The position numbers were made by a program, and so were the translations under genes. From contig OZ336879.1 of NCBI GenBank assembly GCA_965287045.1, forward strand, positions 14,694,001 through 14,758,000: 64,000 bases of DNA, written 5' to 3'. This stretch comes from Carcharhinus amblyrhynchos (lineage: Eukaryota). This document shows, piece after piece, positions 37,801 through 50,699 of this stretch. The notes beneath the pieces were generated by a model that saw only the letters and a program-made list of their open reading frames with translations, did not search any database and was not told the DNA's origin. The first letter of the stretch is position 1, and each line of letters starts with the position of its first letter.

Positions 37801-38359
37801 TTCAGCCTTCTGGTTTTAATTTCAGAATACTTATTTTAAAGCAATCAGGATTATCAAAGTTAGATATTTTCCCAGCAAAAAAAAGGAAATTGTCGCAGGA
37901 TCAAAATTGTAAGGTTATCTTGGTGCTCAGGCAAATCATTCCTCAATAAAACTTCTGTATCTCTTCAAACATGTAGCAACATCTCCTGATGTAGGCTGTA
38001 GCTTTTATACCAATCAGATAGCCAACTTTGACCGAGATAGCTGACACACAGTCTGATTTAAGACTTCCAGAGATCAAGGCGCCTTTGATGACAGAGTGCA
38101 TTTGTCTGTTGAGTACCCAAACCATCTAAAATTTCATCTTTGCTCTATGTTGAATTCGCTAATCACTGACATAGCAGTGCTCGGCATGCTACAAATGGTG
38201 ACTCACATTTCTGGACTTGGGAAGAGGAAGTGATCCCTTCTAAGTTTCCATGCACAATTAATGTCAGTCCATTTCTATGTTAACAGAAGGAGATACCAGA
38301 GAGTCCCTGCTACTATTGAAACACAGTCATGAAAGATGGGTGGGGCTGGGTGGTGGGGT

Positions 38360-38387
38360 TGGGGGGGGGGGGGGGGGGGGGGGGGGG
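38360..38387. repeat. Poly-G tract
   Basis: About 27 consecutive G. Confidence 0.95.
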
Positions 38388-39210
38388 CAGCGGAGGGAGC
38401 AAAATAATTAGGGAAACAAAAAAGAGACAATTTCAGCAATCAAATTGAACAGGGTGGATTCTTATCTTGCCTCACAGATGTGAAACCTGTGCTATTGACT
38501 GTTTTCTTGTTAACAAAATTGACCAAGTTAAATTTCCATTGATTTCAATGTTGTTCATAAAAGATACAAGGGCAATTCTGCAATTTGCTGTTCCCAACAG
38601 GAAGTCAATGTTGTCGGCAATGTGTTTTGATGAATGACAAGTAAGCAACCTATAATTTTATATCCCTTACTTTGACATTATTTGAGCCAAACTAATTTAG
38701 TTGAGATAATGCTGATTCAATAAATCTCATGAATTTAAAACTTTTTGTTAGGGAAAAGGGAGTGTAAGTATCATTCCTTAATGCCAATTCCATGAAGGGA
38801 CAACATTTATCTTTGTTGAATTCTATCTAAAGTTTATTTTCGCTCCTCACAGAAATGATTTTCCATTTTCTGAAGAAAGTGGAATTTTTATTACAATGAG
38901 AAATACCCAATTTCTTTTTCAGAGCAGAGTTTTGTAATTTTGATTGTAACATCCTGTGATTACCAGCATACAACAGAATTACAAAACTGACCCAAAAGTG
39001 CTGGGTTGGTCTTTTAGTCTTCATAAAGAAAACAAAAGGGTGTTCGGAAAAATAACATAAATTTATTAAAGCAGGATTAGAGTTAGCATTCCTGGCTTAG
39101 AGTACAGAAAACATGCTACTTAAATGCTTAAACAGTCAGTCACCAATGAACATTACACACTCTGAAGGCCCATTTCAGTAGAACTCTCCAGTAAGGCCTA
39201 GGGAACCAAT

Positions 39211-39857
39211 TGTTAATTATCTTAGGGACAGGAGTTAGTGACAAGAGCATGGTGGCACAGTGGTTAGCATTGCTGTCTCACAGCACCAGGGACTTGGGTT
39301 TGATGATTGACTTGGGTCACTGTCTGTGCAGAGTCTGCACATTCTCCCCATATCTGTGTGGGTTTCTTCCAGGTGCTCCAGTTTCCTCCCACACTCCAAA
39401 GATATGTATGGTTCAGGTTGACCGGCTGTGATAAACTGCCCCTTAGTGTCAGGTGAATTAGCAGAGAAAATACATGGGGTGAAGGGGATAGGGCCTGGGT
39501 GGGATTATGGTTGGTGCAGACTAGGCAGGCCAAATGGCCTCCTGCACTGCAGGGATTCTATGATTTTATGATAAAATAGATCAAGTACAGTCTCCGCGTG
39601 AAGGTAAATGACGTCTAGCAAGGAAGAGATAACAAGCCTGCTCGGATAAAGTAATACAAACCAATATGTGGACAGCATTGAAATTTAAACAATGTTCTGT
39701 GTACGTGACCAACAATGTATAAATAAAGCGACCATTTGTGATTTGGCAGAGTTCTGTTTTAGGGGCCTGTTAAGACAGTGTTCTTCCTGCATGCTGGAAT
39801 AAACAACTTTAACCTGTACCTGAGTCTCCTGTGATCAGTTTGTCAAATGCCAGCACA
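39211..39857 (+). mobile_element. Candidate solo LTR interrupted by a SINE
   Basis: TGTT...CACA ends; flanks ccaat/gcaat; tataaata at ~39718; aataaa at ~39798. Confidence 0.5.
39246..39570 (+). mobile_element. HE1-type V-SINE
   Basis: Full head, V core and gattctatgattttatg tail. Confidence 0.9.
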
Positions 39858-40390
39858 GCAATGGGTTATACCTTTTGGTTCAAAATAACATGACAATAAG
39901 ATATTCGTGAAGCTTGAAGGACTATGAGGCTGCACGCCCTCCATCAAAATGAAGCTATGTCCCTTATATCCTTTCAAGCTGAATTAATGTTGAATAAATA
40001 TTACTTCAAATGTCATTCTTAATTTGCTCGTGCCCATCGTTCCTCTCCCTTGTTAATGGACGTTCCATCTGTTCTGCCAATTTACATCAATGCCATCCCT
40101 CCCAGCAATCCATCCAGTCAGGAAAGTGATGGAAGATATCATTGACAGTACTATCAAGTGGCATTTACTCAGCAACAACCTGCTCAGTAACACTTAGTTT
40201 AGGTTCTATCCGGCCCGTTCAGTTCCTAACCTCACTAAGTCTTGGTCCCAACATGGAAAAAAAAAGCCAAGTTTAAGAGGTATGGTGAGAGGAACTGGCC
40301 CTGACGTTAGCACTCAATTTGACCAAGTGTGACATTGAGAAGGCCCTAGCAAATTGGAATCAATGGGAGTAAGGTGAAAAATTCTACACT

Positions 40391-41428
40391 ACCATAGAAC
40401 CATAGAAAATTTACAGCTCAGAAACAGGCCTTTTGGCCCTTTGGCCCTTTCTGTCTGTGCCGAACCATTTTTTGCCTCGTCCCACTGACCTGTACTTGGA
40501 CCATATCCCTCCACACCCCTCTCATCCATGTACTTGTCCAAGTTTTTCTTAAATGTTAAAGGTGACCCCCATTTGCCACTTTATCTGGCAGCTCATTCCA
40601 CACTCCCACCACTCTCTGCGTGAAGAAGCCCCCCCTAATATTCCCTTTAAACTTTTCTCATTTCACCCTTAACCCATGCCCTCTTTTTTTTTCCCCAGCC
40701 TCAGTGAAAAAGCCTGCTTGCATTCACTCTATCTATACCCATCAAAATCTTATACACCTCTATCAAATCTCCCCTTGTTCTTCTACGCTCCAGGGAATAA
40801 AGTCCTAACCTATTCAATCTCTCTCTGTAACTCAGCTTCTCAAGTCCCGGCAACATCCTTGTGAGCCTTCTCTGCACTCTTTCAATCTTATTTACATCCT
40901 TCCCGTAACTAGGTGACCAAAACTGTACACAATACTCTAAATTCGGCCTCACCAATTCCTTATATAACCTTACCATAACACTCCAACTTTTATACTCAAT
41001 ACTCCGATTTATAAAGGCCAATGTACCAAAAACACTCTTTATGACTCTATACACCGGTGACGTCACTTTTAGGGAATTCTGTACCTGTATTCCCAGATCC
41101 CTCTGTTCATCTACACTCTTCAGAGTCCTACCGTTTACCCTGTACGTTCTATTTTGGTTTGTCCTTCCAAAGTGCAATACTTCACATTTGCCTGCATTAA
41201 ATTCCATTTGCCATTTTTTAGCCCATTTTTCTAGTTGGTCCAAATCCCTCTGCAAGCTTTGAAAACCTTCCTCACTGTCGACTACACCTCCAATCTTTGT
41301 ATCATCAGCAAACTTGCTGATCCAATTTACCACATTATCATCCAGATCATTGATATAGATGACAAACAAGAATGCACCCAACACTGATCCCTGTGGCACA
41401 CCACTAGTCACAGGCCCCCACTCAGTGA
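40391..41428 (-). mobile_element. CR1 LINE fragment with RT core
   Basis: ORF 40701-41492 contains SGVPQGSVLG, YINDLD, KFADDTK, RPNLEYCVQFW; (accataga)n reverse tail; possible TSD ctacact/ctccact. Confidence 0.95.
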
Positions 41429-42292
41429 CTCCACTAGTTAGAGTCAAACCGCGCACAAAGGAAAATTGATGTGGTTGTTGAAGGTCAATCATCTCACTGC
41501 AGTGGTTTCTTTGGGTAGTATCTTAGGCCCAATTGTCTTTAACTGTTCCATCAATGACCTTTCCTCAAACACAATATCAGAATTGGGATGTTTGCCCTGA
41601 CGATTATACAATGATCAGTACCAGTTGCGATTCCTTAGATACTGAAGCAATTTATGCCCATATGCAGCAAAACCTGAACAACATTCAAGCTTGGTTTGGT
41701 AAGTAGTAAGTAATATGTGTCCCAGACAAGTGCCAGGCGATGACCATCTCCAGCAAGTGAAGGTCTCATCATTTCCCTTAATATTCAAAGACATTACTAT
41801 TGCTGAACTCCTACTATCATAGTGGTTACTACTGACTAGAAACTGAGTTAGATTAGCCATATAAATACTATGGTTTTGAGAACAGGTTAGAGTCTGGGAA
41901 TTATTCAAAGATTAACTAAGCTCCTGGCTTCCAAAAGCCTATCCACCATCTATTCGGCACAAGTCAGGAATGTGATGGAATACTCTCCACTTGTCTGGAT
42001 GAGTACAGTTCCAACATATCAAAGAAGGCTGATACTATCCAGGACAAAGCAACCTTTTTGATTGGCACCCCATCCACTCCCTTAATCATCCACTCCCTCC
42101 ATCACCTATGCACAGTGGCAGCATTCTGCGCCATCTATAAGATGCACTGCACCAACTCACCAAGGCTCCTTCGACAGCATCTTCCAAATTAATTACCTCT
42201 ACCACTGAGAAGGAAAAGAGCAGCAGATATTAGGGAACACCACCACCTGAAAGTTTTCCTCCAAGCCACACAGCACCATGACTTGAAACTAT

Positions 42293-44763
42293 GGCTGTGA
42301 TTCTCCCAAAAGTGCTGAATTGGTGGGAGAAGTGTTCTAAATCCCGACTGTTTTCTCAGTTCAGCTTCTCACCCGACTCTCCACACTCTGTGCACTGCAG
42401 AGGTCCCAGTCGTGAATATCATTAAATGCTTGGAGGGAGGGGCTAATCACGCCAAAATTGGCAGGCTGGGCAACAACCCGTGCATGTGCGCATTGCTGGC
42501 AGATCGTGGAAAAGACCACCCAGTACCCAAATCACTGCCATCCAAACTCTACAGATATGGCTGGCCTCATCACTAGCTCCCACCAACAACCACCCCCCCA
42601 CAACCTCCCACAGACATCACTAGCCTCATTGCTAGCTCCCACAAGACCCCCACAGAGACAGCGCTGGCCTCATCGCTGGCCCTCACAAGCCCCCCCTCCC
42701 ACAGATATCGCTGCCTCCTCCTCCTCCTCCCCCCCTCCACGCCGGTCTTCCCCAACGCATAGACATGGCTGCCCACTCACCTCATGTCTCCATGGATCTG
42801 GATGATGCAAGTGTGCAATTCCTCCATTTCTTGAATATACTCTCCTGACTGCTGCCCTGCAGAGAACTAGCATTGTGCTGACATGCGCAACCCAAGCTTG
42901 TGATCATTCCCTCTCTTAAATGGGAGCCCCTGAATGTTGCAACCTCCCCCCACCCCAACCCCTGGACACAGCAGCTTATTCAATGGCAGCCAATCTGCAC
43001 CCTGAAGGATGAATGATACTCAACTGAATCCCTCACAAGTAATTGTTGTCAATGGGCCCTTGACAAACCGCACTCACTGCACCTGCACTCCCCTAATAAG
43101 TCAGAACTGTTTTAAAAACTGCAAGAATGCCAGTCATGCCACAAAAATTTTTGTGCATAAACCGGCTCCCAGGAGCATCTGCTGGGTGCCGTGGAAGAGA
43201 GGCATGATGTCTGTTCCCTAGCCAGGGTCCCAACCTAACGAGTGCATCTGCCAGAAGAAGCAGTAGACAGCACAAAGTTAGAAAGTTGTTGTTCACTAGA
43301 GGACATGAGTGAAGGTCAGCATTAGTCAGGGTTTGGTAATCAATTATGTTAAAAGCACAATTAACTGTTAATTGCACATCATGCTGTGGCTAATGTGTCT
43401 CTGATTCTCTTCCCCACCAACCCCACCCTCCCCGCCAGCTCAGTGTTCACGACTCCCAAACATATAGTTGCTGTCTGTTGAGCCTTGCAGACTCAGCAAC
43501 ATGTTTCAGAGTGCCTGCCCTACCTTCCGTAATATCCACCAGACCCTTGGTGCAAGTGCATCCCACCCTCCCCGCACCCCACCCCCCCCGGCTCTTGGCC
43601 AAAAAACATGTGTCCCCAACATTTACAGCTACCTGGGCCAGAGTGGCAGCGTGTATTCGGAATACAGGTAGGAGTCAGACTTGAGTAGCACCAGGGGCAG
43701 GATCCCAGTGTAGACATCCTCCAGCCTTCAACCAAGACTTGCAACAATTGCCAGCCCAGGCACATTAATAGGGCGGATGTTTCTGGGGGATAGAGTGGTG
43801 GGATGACAGGAGTAGGGGAAGGGTGATGTGGTGGTTTGAGGGCCCAAGTCGGTTTGGAGGGGGAATAGCAGCTGCATTTTCTCCTGGGGTGCGGTGGATG
43901 TGTGGCGGTTGCACCCCCTCGCTGTACAATGCCAGCCAGGTGAAGCTGGCTGCAATCATGGAGTCCTGCTGGACACCTGCCATCGCCACCTGCCATTGCC
44001 GCCTGCCATCTTTCCTCCAGCTCTTCATGTGATGGTGTGCCCACCTCACCCCCTCACTGCTCCTCCTCCTCTTCCTCCCTCTCCTGCTCCAGCTGGCCTC
44101 CCCGCTGCTGAGTGATGTTGTGAAGAGCGCAGCAAGCAATAATGATGTGTGAAGCACACACAGGGTCACACTGGAGGGCCCCCACCGAGAGCAATGGTGG
44201 GAATGGGAGCCATCAAGGCTTGTTCCCACAGTCAGCTTCAGTGCAGTTTGGAGGGGGGGTGGTGGTGGGAGAGGTGTGGGGTGGGGGGCAGTGCTCCCTG
44301 ATGGAACATCACCAAGGAGAGCTGTGAGGAAATAGAAGGCTTCCCCGACCCTCCCCACAGATATCACTCGTCCATGGGCCAAAACCTGAAGCCAGCAGGA
44401 GGAAGGCCACCAGGCATACCCAGGGCCTACTTGCAATACCCCCCCGTCCTCCAGTAGCAGCACTTACCGCCTCAAGCTAATTCAAGGCTGCCACACCAGG
44501 TTGCAACTTTTAAACACTTGTTCTGATTCGTGCCAAAATTACATCACAGCAAAGAGGTGGGAGATGCAGACGTGGGCAGAGATTGCTGTGTGGATTCTGA
44601 TAATGGCATGTAAGTTAATATGTTAACCAGCAGCCTGATGATTTTCTGCGGGTTCCTGGTGGTGCTATCTTTCCCCGGCTGGGAGATCCACTATCGGGGA
44701 ATCCGCGAAATGGCCGACATGCGCATCTGCTGGCCCAACCCAACAGATGAGAGACCCACGGCC
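42293..44763. mobile_element. Harbinger-type DNA transposon inserted in a LINE
   Basis: TIRs ggctgtgattctc / gagacccacggcc; 3-bp duplication tat/cat; Myb/SANT remnant LGAVEERHDV.FP at ~43182-43220 (+). Confidence 0.75.
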
Positions 44764-44880
44764 CATATTGCCAATCCTTCATTGTTCATCCCTAACAGCA
44801 CTGTGTGAGTGCCTATTCCACATGGATTATAACAGTTCAAGAAGACTGCTCATCACCACCTTTTCAAAAGCAAATCGTTC

Positions 44881-45154
44881 AGTTTATTTATTATTAGTGT
44901 CACCAATCGGCTAACATTAACACAACAGTGAATTCACTGGTCACCACACTCTGGCATTTGTTCGGGTACACTGAGGGAGGTTTTAGCATCTAACCAGCAC
45001 GTCTTTCAGCCTATGGGAGGAAACCGGAGCACCTGGAGGGAACCCGCACAGAGACGGGGAGAACATGCAGACTCCACATAGAGAGTGACTCAAGCTGGGA
45101 GTCGAACTCGGGTCCCTGATGCTGTGAGGCAGCAATGCTAACCATTGTGCCACC
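44881..45154 (-). mobile_element. V-SINE, tail type B
   Basis: Full head and type B tail; splits the LINE tail. Confidence 0.88.
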
Positions 45155-46161
45155 CTCAGGATGAACAATAAAAACAGGGTTAGCCAGCGATGTTCACATT
45201 GCATGAAAAGATATAAAAAGACAACTTGGATATGTGGTTGTTGGTTGAAGTTGAGAGGAGCTCAATCACTTGTGTCAACTCGAACTTTACTTATCTAATA
45301 TCTTTTGATCCTCTCTGCTGTCAGTGCAGTTTCTTTCTCACCCTCCCCTTTTCACAGATATTGCTCTCAGGGAAGATCCTGCTATCACTTCCAGCATTTT
45401 TCAGTATGCTTCCTTAACACACACCACAATGTTTACAAAAGCAATTACTGCAGATCTGGCAATCTGAAATAAAAACTGAAAAGGTTGGATCTGCTCAGCA
45501 GATCAAGCAGAAGCTTTGGATTAACAGAATCAACATTTCAGCTCAATGATCTAATGTCAGAACCTTAATATTTGCAATTAATGCGGCCTTCTGTACCCCT
45601 CCACTGCAAAAGTAATTCTATAAGGGAGGGTTAATCTCATATGTACTGATCAGAATGTATCTGAAGAATTAATGATTATTGTTAAAATTCATGACTCAAA
45701 ATGGGCTGGAAAGTACCTATTATTCATAGAGAATGCTATATGCAAGGTTTACAGTATAATTTCCCACAAGTGATTTGATGTGGAAGTTTGATCTATATTC
45801 TCTCCTTTCAGTGTCTGCCCTCTGTCACTGCAGTCTTTCAACCAACCCTATAAGTTGTGCGTGCTCTGTTATAATATACACTGAGGTCCATCAAAAACCG
45901 ATGAGTGACTGCATGGACGAACTGTTACTTGATAATAACCCAACCTATTATGTAGCTGCTGGAGGCAATGGGAAGAGAAAGGTTGATTGTCTAGTTACTT
46001 GTTCTGAAATGCCTGTTTATAATTTATAGTTTCTGATATCAGCAAACCAGTGGGCTGTTCTGCAAACCCATTGACCAACATTTTATTGGAATCGATAGTG
46101 TGTCCCAATTCAACTTTGCTGCCCTATTCCTTCATCCAGTGTAGCAATACAAATTCGCTAT

Positions 46162-46670
46162 TCACTTAACTTTAACAGATGCATCATAGAAAGCATTCTT
46201 TCTGGCTGCATCGCAGCTTGATATGGTTCCTGCACTGATCAAGACTGCAAGAAAACTATGAAGGGTCGTGAATGTAGCCCAGTCCATCACACAAAGCAGC
46301 CTCCCATCCTTTGACACTGTCTACACTTCTCGTAGCCTCGGCGAAGCAGCCAGCATAATTAAGAATCATAAATGTCCCAGACATACTCTGTTCCACCTTT
46401 TTTTATTGGGAAAAAGCAACAAAAGTATGAGGTAATGTAGCAATCAACTCAAGGACAGCTTCTTCCCCTGCTGTTCTCCACTTTTGAATGGCCCTGCCTT
46501 ATATTAAGTGAATCTTTTTCTACACCCCAGCTATGACGATAACATTAGATTCAACACCGTCTCCTTTCCTTCGCTATGAACTGTATGCTTTGCCTCTGTA
46601 GCGCAAGAAATAATACTTTTCACTGTATATTCATGCATGTGTCAATAATAAATCAAATCAAAAATCAAAT
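46162..46670 (+). mobile_element. Rex1/Babar-type LINE 3' end
   Basis: RCIIESILSGCIAA.YGSC peptide; (aaatc)n tail; homologous to 12930 and 51428 copies. Confidence 0.8.
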
Positions 46671-46927
46671 TAATGAGGGCTATTCTTAACAAAAAGTTTA
46701 ATGAAAATTCAATAAATAGGTAACATGTAAAGAGTATTAGAAAATAGTTTATTTGTTCAAAGTATTTTTCCATATATTTAGTCATCACGCCTTCCCAGCT
46801 GCTCCAGTCCCTACATGCTTATTATATGGCTTCCAGATGTATTCTGCCTGAGAAAGGACTCCAGCCTCTGGGGTCAGTTCTCACTCTTGATTCCCATTGA
46901 ATCCTCAAGTCTAGTGACTCTTGTAGA

Positions 46928-47254
46928 TCATAGAACCCTACAGTGCCGAAAGAGACCCTTTGGCCGATCGAGTCTTCACCGAACATAATCCCACCCAGGC
47001 CCTACCCCCATATCCCTACATATTATGCCCACTAATCCCTCTAATTTACACATCCCTGGACACTAAGGGGCAATTTCTTAGCATGGCCAATCAACCTAAT
47101 CCGCACACCAGGGAAACCAGAGTACCCAGAGGAAACTCATGCAGACACGAGGAGAATGTGCAAGCTCCACACAGACAGTGATCCGAGCCGAGAATCGAAC
47201 CCAGGTTCCTGGAGCTGTGAAGCAGCAGTGCTAACCACTGTGCTACCGTGCTGC
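46928..47254 (-). mobile_element. HE1-type V-SINE
   Basis: Colinear with 4410-4726. Confidence 0.9.
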
Positions 47255-47346
47255 TTATCTGCCGTCTTAATTAGACAGGTCCACAATCACGGCACCAACA
47301 TTTATTATTCAAAGTTGATCATTTCCATTCATTTTAATTATGAAAT

Positions 47347-47651
47347 AAAGTTTATTTATTAGTGTCACAAGTAGGCTTACATTAATACTGCAGTGAAGTT
47401 GCTGTTAAAATCCCCTAGTGGCCACACTCCAGCGCCTGTTCGGGAATACTGAGGGAGAATTTAGCATGGCAGCACATGGCATCTAAACAGCACATCTTTC
47501 TGACTGCAGGAGGAAACTGGAGCACCTGGAGGGAATCCACATGGACATGAGGAGAATGTGCAGAAGTTGCACAGACAGTGCCCAAGCCGAGAATCGAAAC
47601 TGGGTCCCTGGCGTTGTAAGGCAGCAGTGCGAACACTGTCCCACCATGCCA
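47347..47651 (-). mobile_element. V-SINE, tail type B
   Basis: Colinear with 34603-34883. Confidence 0.88.
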
Positions 47652-48874
47652 CCTCAGTAACATAATAATGCTGAGAACACCTTTGTACGTTGTGCAATAC
47701 AAAATATTAATTATGACATTTTAGGTGACATTCAACAAAATATTTTGTTAAATCATGTTTTTTCCAGTACCTTTCAGTCATTATTATCATTTCACATGGA
47801 GACAAGATGAAATTTCTGGGATTTCCTTTCACATTTTCCTCTCTAAGATGTGCCTTCCAATTTTCTTCCATTGTGTATATGCAATTTGACACGTAGTCCC
47901 ATTCATCAATTTATCTCAGCCATTAGTTGAATTGATTTCTTCATGTTGAATAAAGATACTACGTAACATAGTCAATCACTCAGGTGCACCAATCAAGCAG
48001 AACACTGGAATATATAGGTGAAATTGTGGGACTTTGGGGCAGTGGGCAGGGGTGAAGGGGGGGTAGATAAAGAATTCTCATGTTTTCCAACATTGTCTAA
48101 TCCCTGAAGATGTAGCAAACAGCCTCAGCGTGAATTTCCAGCGTCGGAAGATTGTGTTACGCTTAAAAAAAAAATCACAAATTATCTTGGTCACTTTAAC
48201 CTTTTCAGAAGGAGACCAGAAAGTGAACCTGAGATAGGTATTTAATATTCAAATGTTGCAGGAAAATTAAATCCCATGTAATGCTTCAGATTGAGACAAT
48301 AGGGCAAGGTAGCAAACAGCAAATTTATAACAGATATTAGGAGCTGTGTTTCACAGAGCAATGGATGTACACAACATATTTCTTTGTAAGATAGAGGAGC
48401 CAATAATATTTCAATAATTTAAGAAACTATTGTACATTATGAAGGAGGAAATGTCGAATCTCCCTGACTGGTACTGCAAGATGGGCCTGATAGCCTTGTT
48501 CATTCAGGGATATCCTGTGATTGATAAGGTTTGAATATGCTTTGTGTGGAGATTTCTGTCAAAATCTATATTAGAAATTGTGAAATTAGACCGACAATGA
48601 TTTTCTGAATGTATGCATATTTTTTAAGCTATTACAACAATATTCGGACTGGCCATTGATGCCTTATTTGGTATTCTTCAATTAAGTATTTTATAGTTCA
48701 CAATCTGCAGAACCCAATAACAGAGTAACTGGATCCTGATTCATCAAAATCTATGCCAATCTGTATTCTCCTCTAAAGCTTGCAGGGAAATAATCCAATG
48801 TCAATGCTCAGTTTGCAAAAGCACTTGACCCACAAAGTTTCAGCTTCATGGAAAATGTGTATTCCAACCTTCAT

Positions 48875-49366
48875 ATCTCACCAATTGTATTGCCTTCTCC
48901 GAAGTTAAATCTTCTTTGGATTGCAGCAAGTCAGAGATGGTATCAGTAACATTGACTACAATGCAGTCTTGTTTGAGCTCAGTTTTAAGATCAACATATT
49001 CACAACCTTCAGCCGTTGGATGCAGGTCATTGATAAAAGCATCTACTTGTTCATCTAATTTCTGGCCGTTTTGTTAAACTTGACTCTTCTAAATATCTTG
49101 TTGTTCTGGAAATTAAAACAATGACCAAAGATTTTTTAACAACTTTGAATTGGTCTGATGTTTTATTAATGCCTTGTCTTGCAGTCATCAGCAATTGTTC
49201 CAACAGTGTACAATAATGTAATGACCTGTCTAGCCTCAGACTCATTGTCCAACCCTGAAGCAATTCTCAATCTTAAAAATCTCTTCCTCCACTATGCCCA
49301 GTTCTGTGTTTGATGAGGTTGATCATTAAGCCCAAATCAGTCTGGAAAGTTGAATTTAGAATCCAT
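48875..49366 (-). pseudogene. Ty3/Gypsy gag fossil
   Basis: MDSKFNFPD*F...NWA*WRKRFLRLRIASGLDNESEARQVITLLYTVG...EQVDAFINDLHPTAEGCEYVDLKTELKQDCIVV...LQSKEDLTSEKAIQLVR. Confidence 0.8.
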
Positions 49367-50699
49367 AGCTACTTTAAGCTTTTACGAGGTCTGTCTGGAT
49401 CTTGTTAACTTCTGTTGCAATAAGGAGTTTTCCCTTGCTGATCAGCAATGCACTGATACCAACTGCAGTTGCTGACCATTTTTGGTGATTATTCCTAAAC
49501 GTCACAGAATATCTAAATTAACTTAATAGGAAGTTTCTATTAAGCTCAATTCATGGTTTTTCCACTCACTGGAGAATCATGTCATTTTTTTTTCAATGCC
49601 ATTTCGTGGTCACTGTGTATAAAGGCATCAACCTTGGACTTGGGCTGCTTAGCGTATGGAAAACTGTGTTAATAAAAATTGAATTCGCCCAAAGCTGGCT
49701 ACTTATTGCAGCATTAAACTAAAGATGCTGAGTTTTTTCCAAGGTTTGTTTACCCTTCCTCACTCAGTTGCAGGGTTCTTTGACTCTGCTGCTGAATCAG
49801 GAGGAGTTTTTATGGATTATCACATGCTGCAATGCAACCCTTACTAAGCTATGTGGGTGATGTTTCTCTCTGCCTTTCAACATACACATTTTCTTCTGGA
49901 GGTTTTCAATTGTTTTCAGCTTTGGTGCCTTTTTTTCAGCTTAGGCTTTCAAACTTTATTTAACATTAATTTTCAAAGATTTTGGGGTCCTTCTCAGCTG
50001 CCATATGTTGTATATTTGTTGCAACAGGCTACGGAATGATTGCAGGGGCAAAGATATGTCTGAAAAATAACTGGCTTATTGGAAGAACATCACTCTATAA
50101 TAGTACATAAGATGTTGGTGTTATTTAGTTTAAGGCATGAGACTTCTCCTTCTAGATTCTTAATTATGTGTCTCTTTTACATCTTCATGTGTGTGATACT
50201 GTTTGTCCAGTGCCACATATTAACCTTTCAGCTCTGAACACCCAGATACTCCCAGTGCCTCTCTGATACCACCATTAAGATGTTATATGCTGTCTACAAA
50301 TGGCAGGTTTATAGACAAAGTGAGGCAACAATAGAAAGAATGAGTGACTCCAATACATTCATTGTCATCACACTTTATTATAGTGAATCACGGATATTTC
50401 AACAGTATTCATTGTTATGTGGGAGTTCACTGTTACATTTTTACAAATTGAAAATTATTACAGGTTCTGAGAGGGCAATTAGTCTGAGAGAAAACGTAAT
50501 GATGATAGGCAATAAGCATCTAAATGATTTGACATTTAATCAAAATCAAGATCTATTACAAACAACATCATGAATACAGATATAAAAATGGAAAATTCTA
50601 GAAATGCTCACATATATAGAAAGAAAAGAGACATAACCCTGTCGTGTATGGACCCTTCATCAGCACAAAATGCAAACGTTTATCAGACTTCAGTAGCTT

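Larger units (their letters stand above)
40110..45220 (+). mobile_element. Family C LINE (RT to 3' end) split by three later insertions
   Basis: RT remnant 40110-40390 (KVMEDIIDS.IKWHLLSNNLLS...) resumes 41429-42292, then 44764-44878 and 45156-45220 tail. Confidence 0.75.

Noticed and set aside
43520-44463. 174 and 232 aa minus-strand ORFs as transposase
   Set aside because: No DDE/Harbinger catalytic motifs seen; GC-rich low-complexity transposon interior
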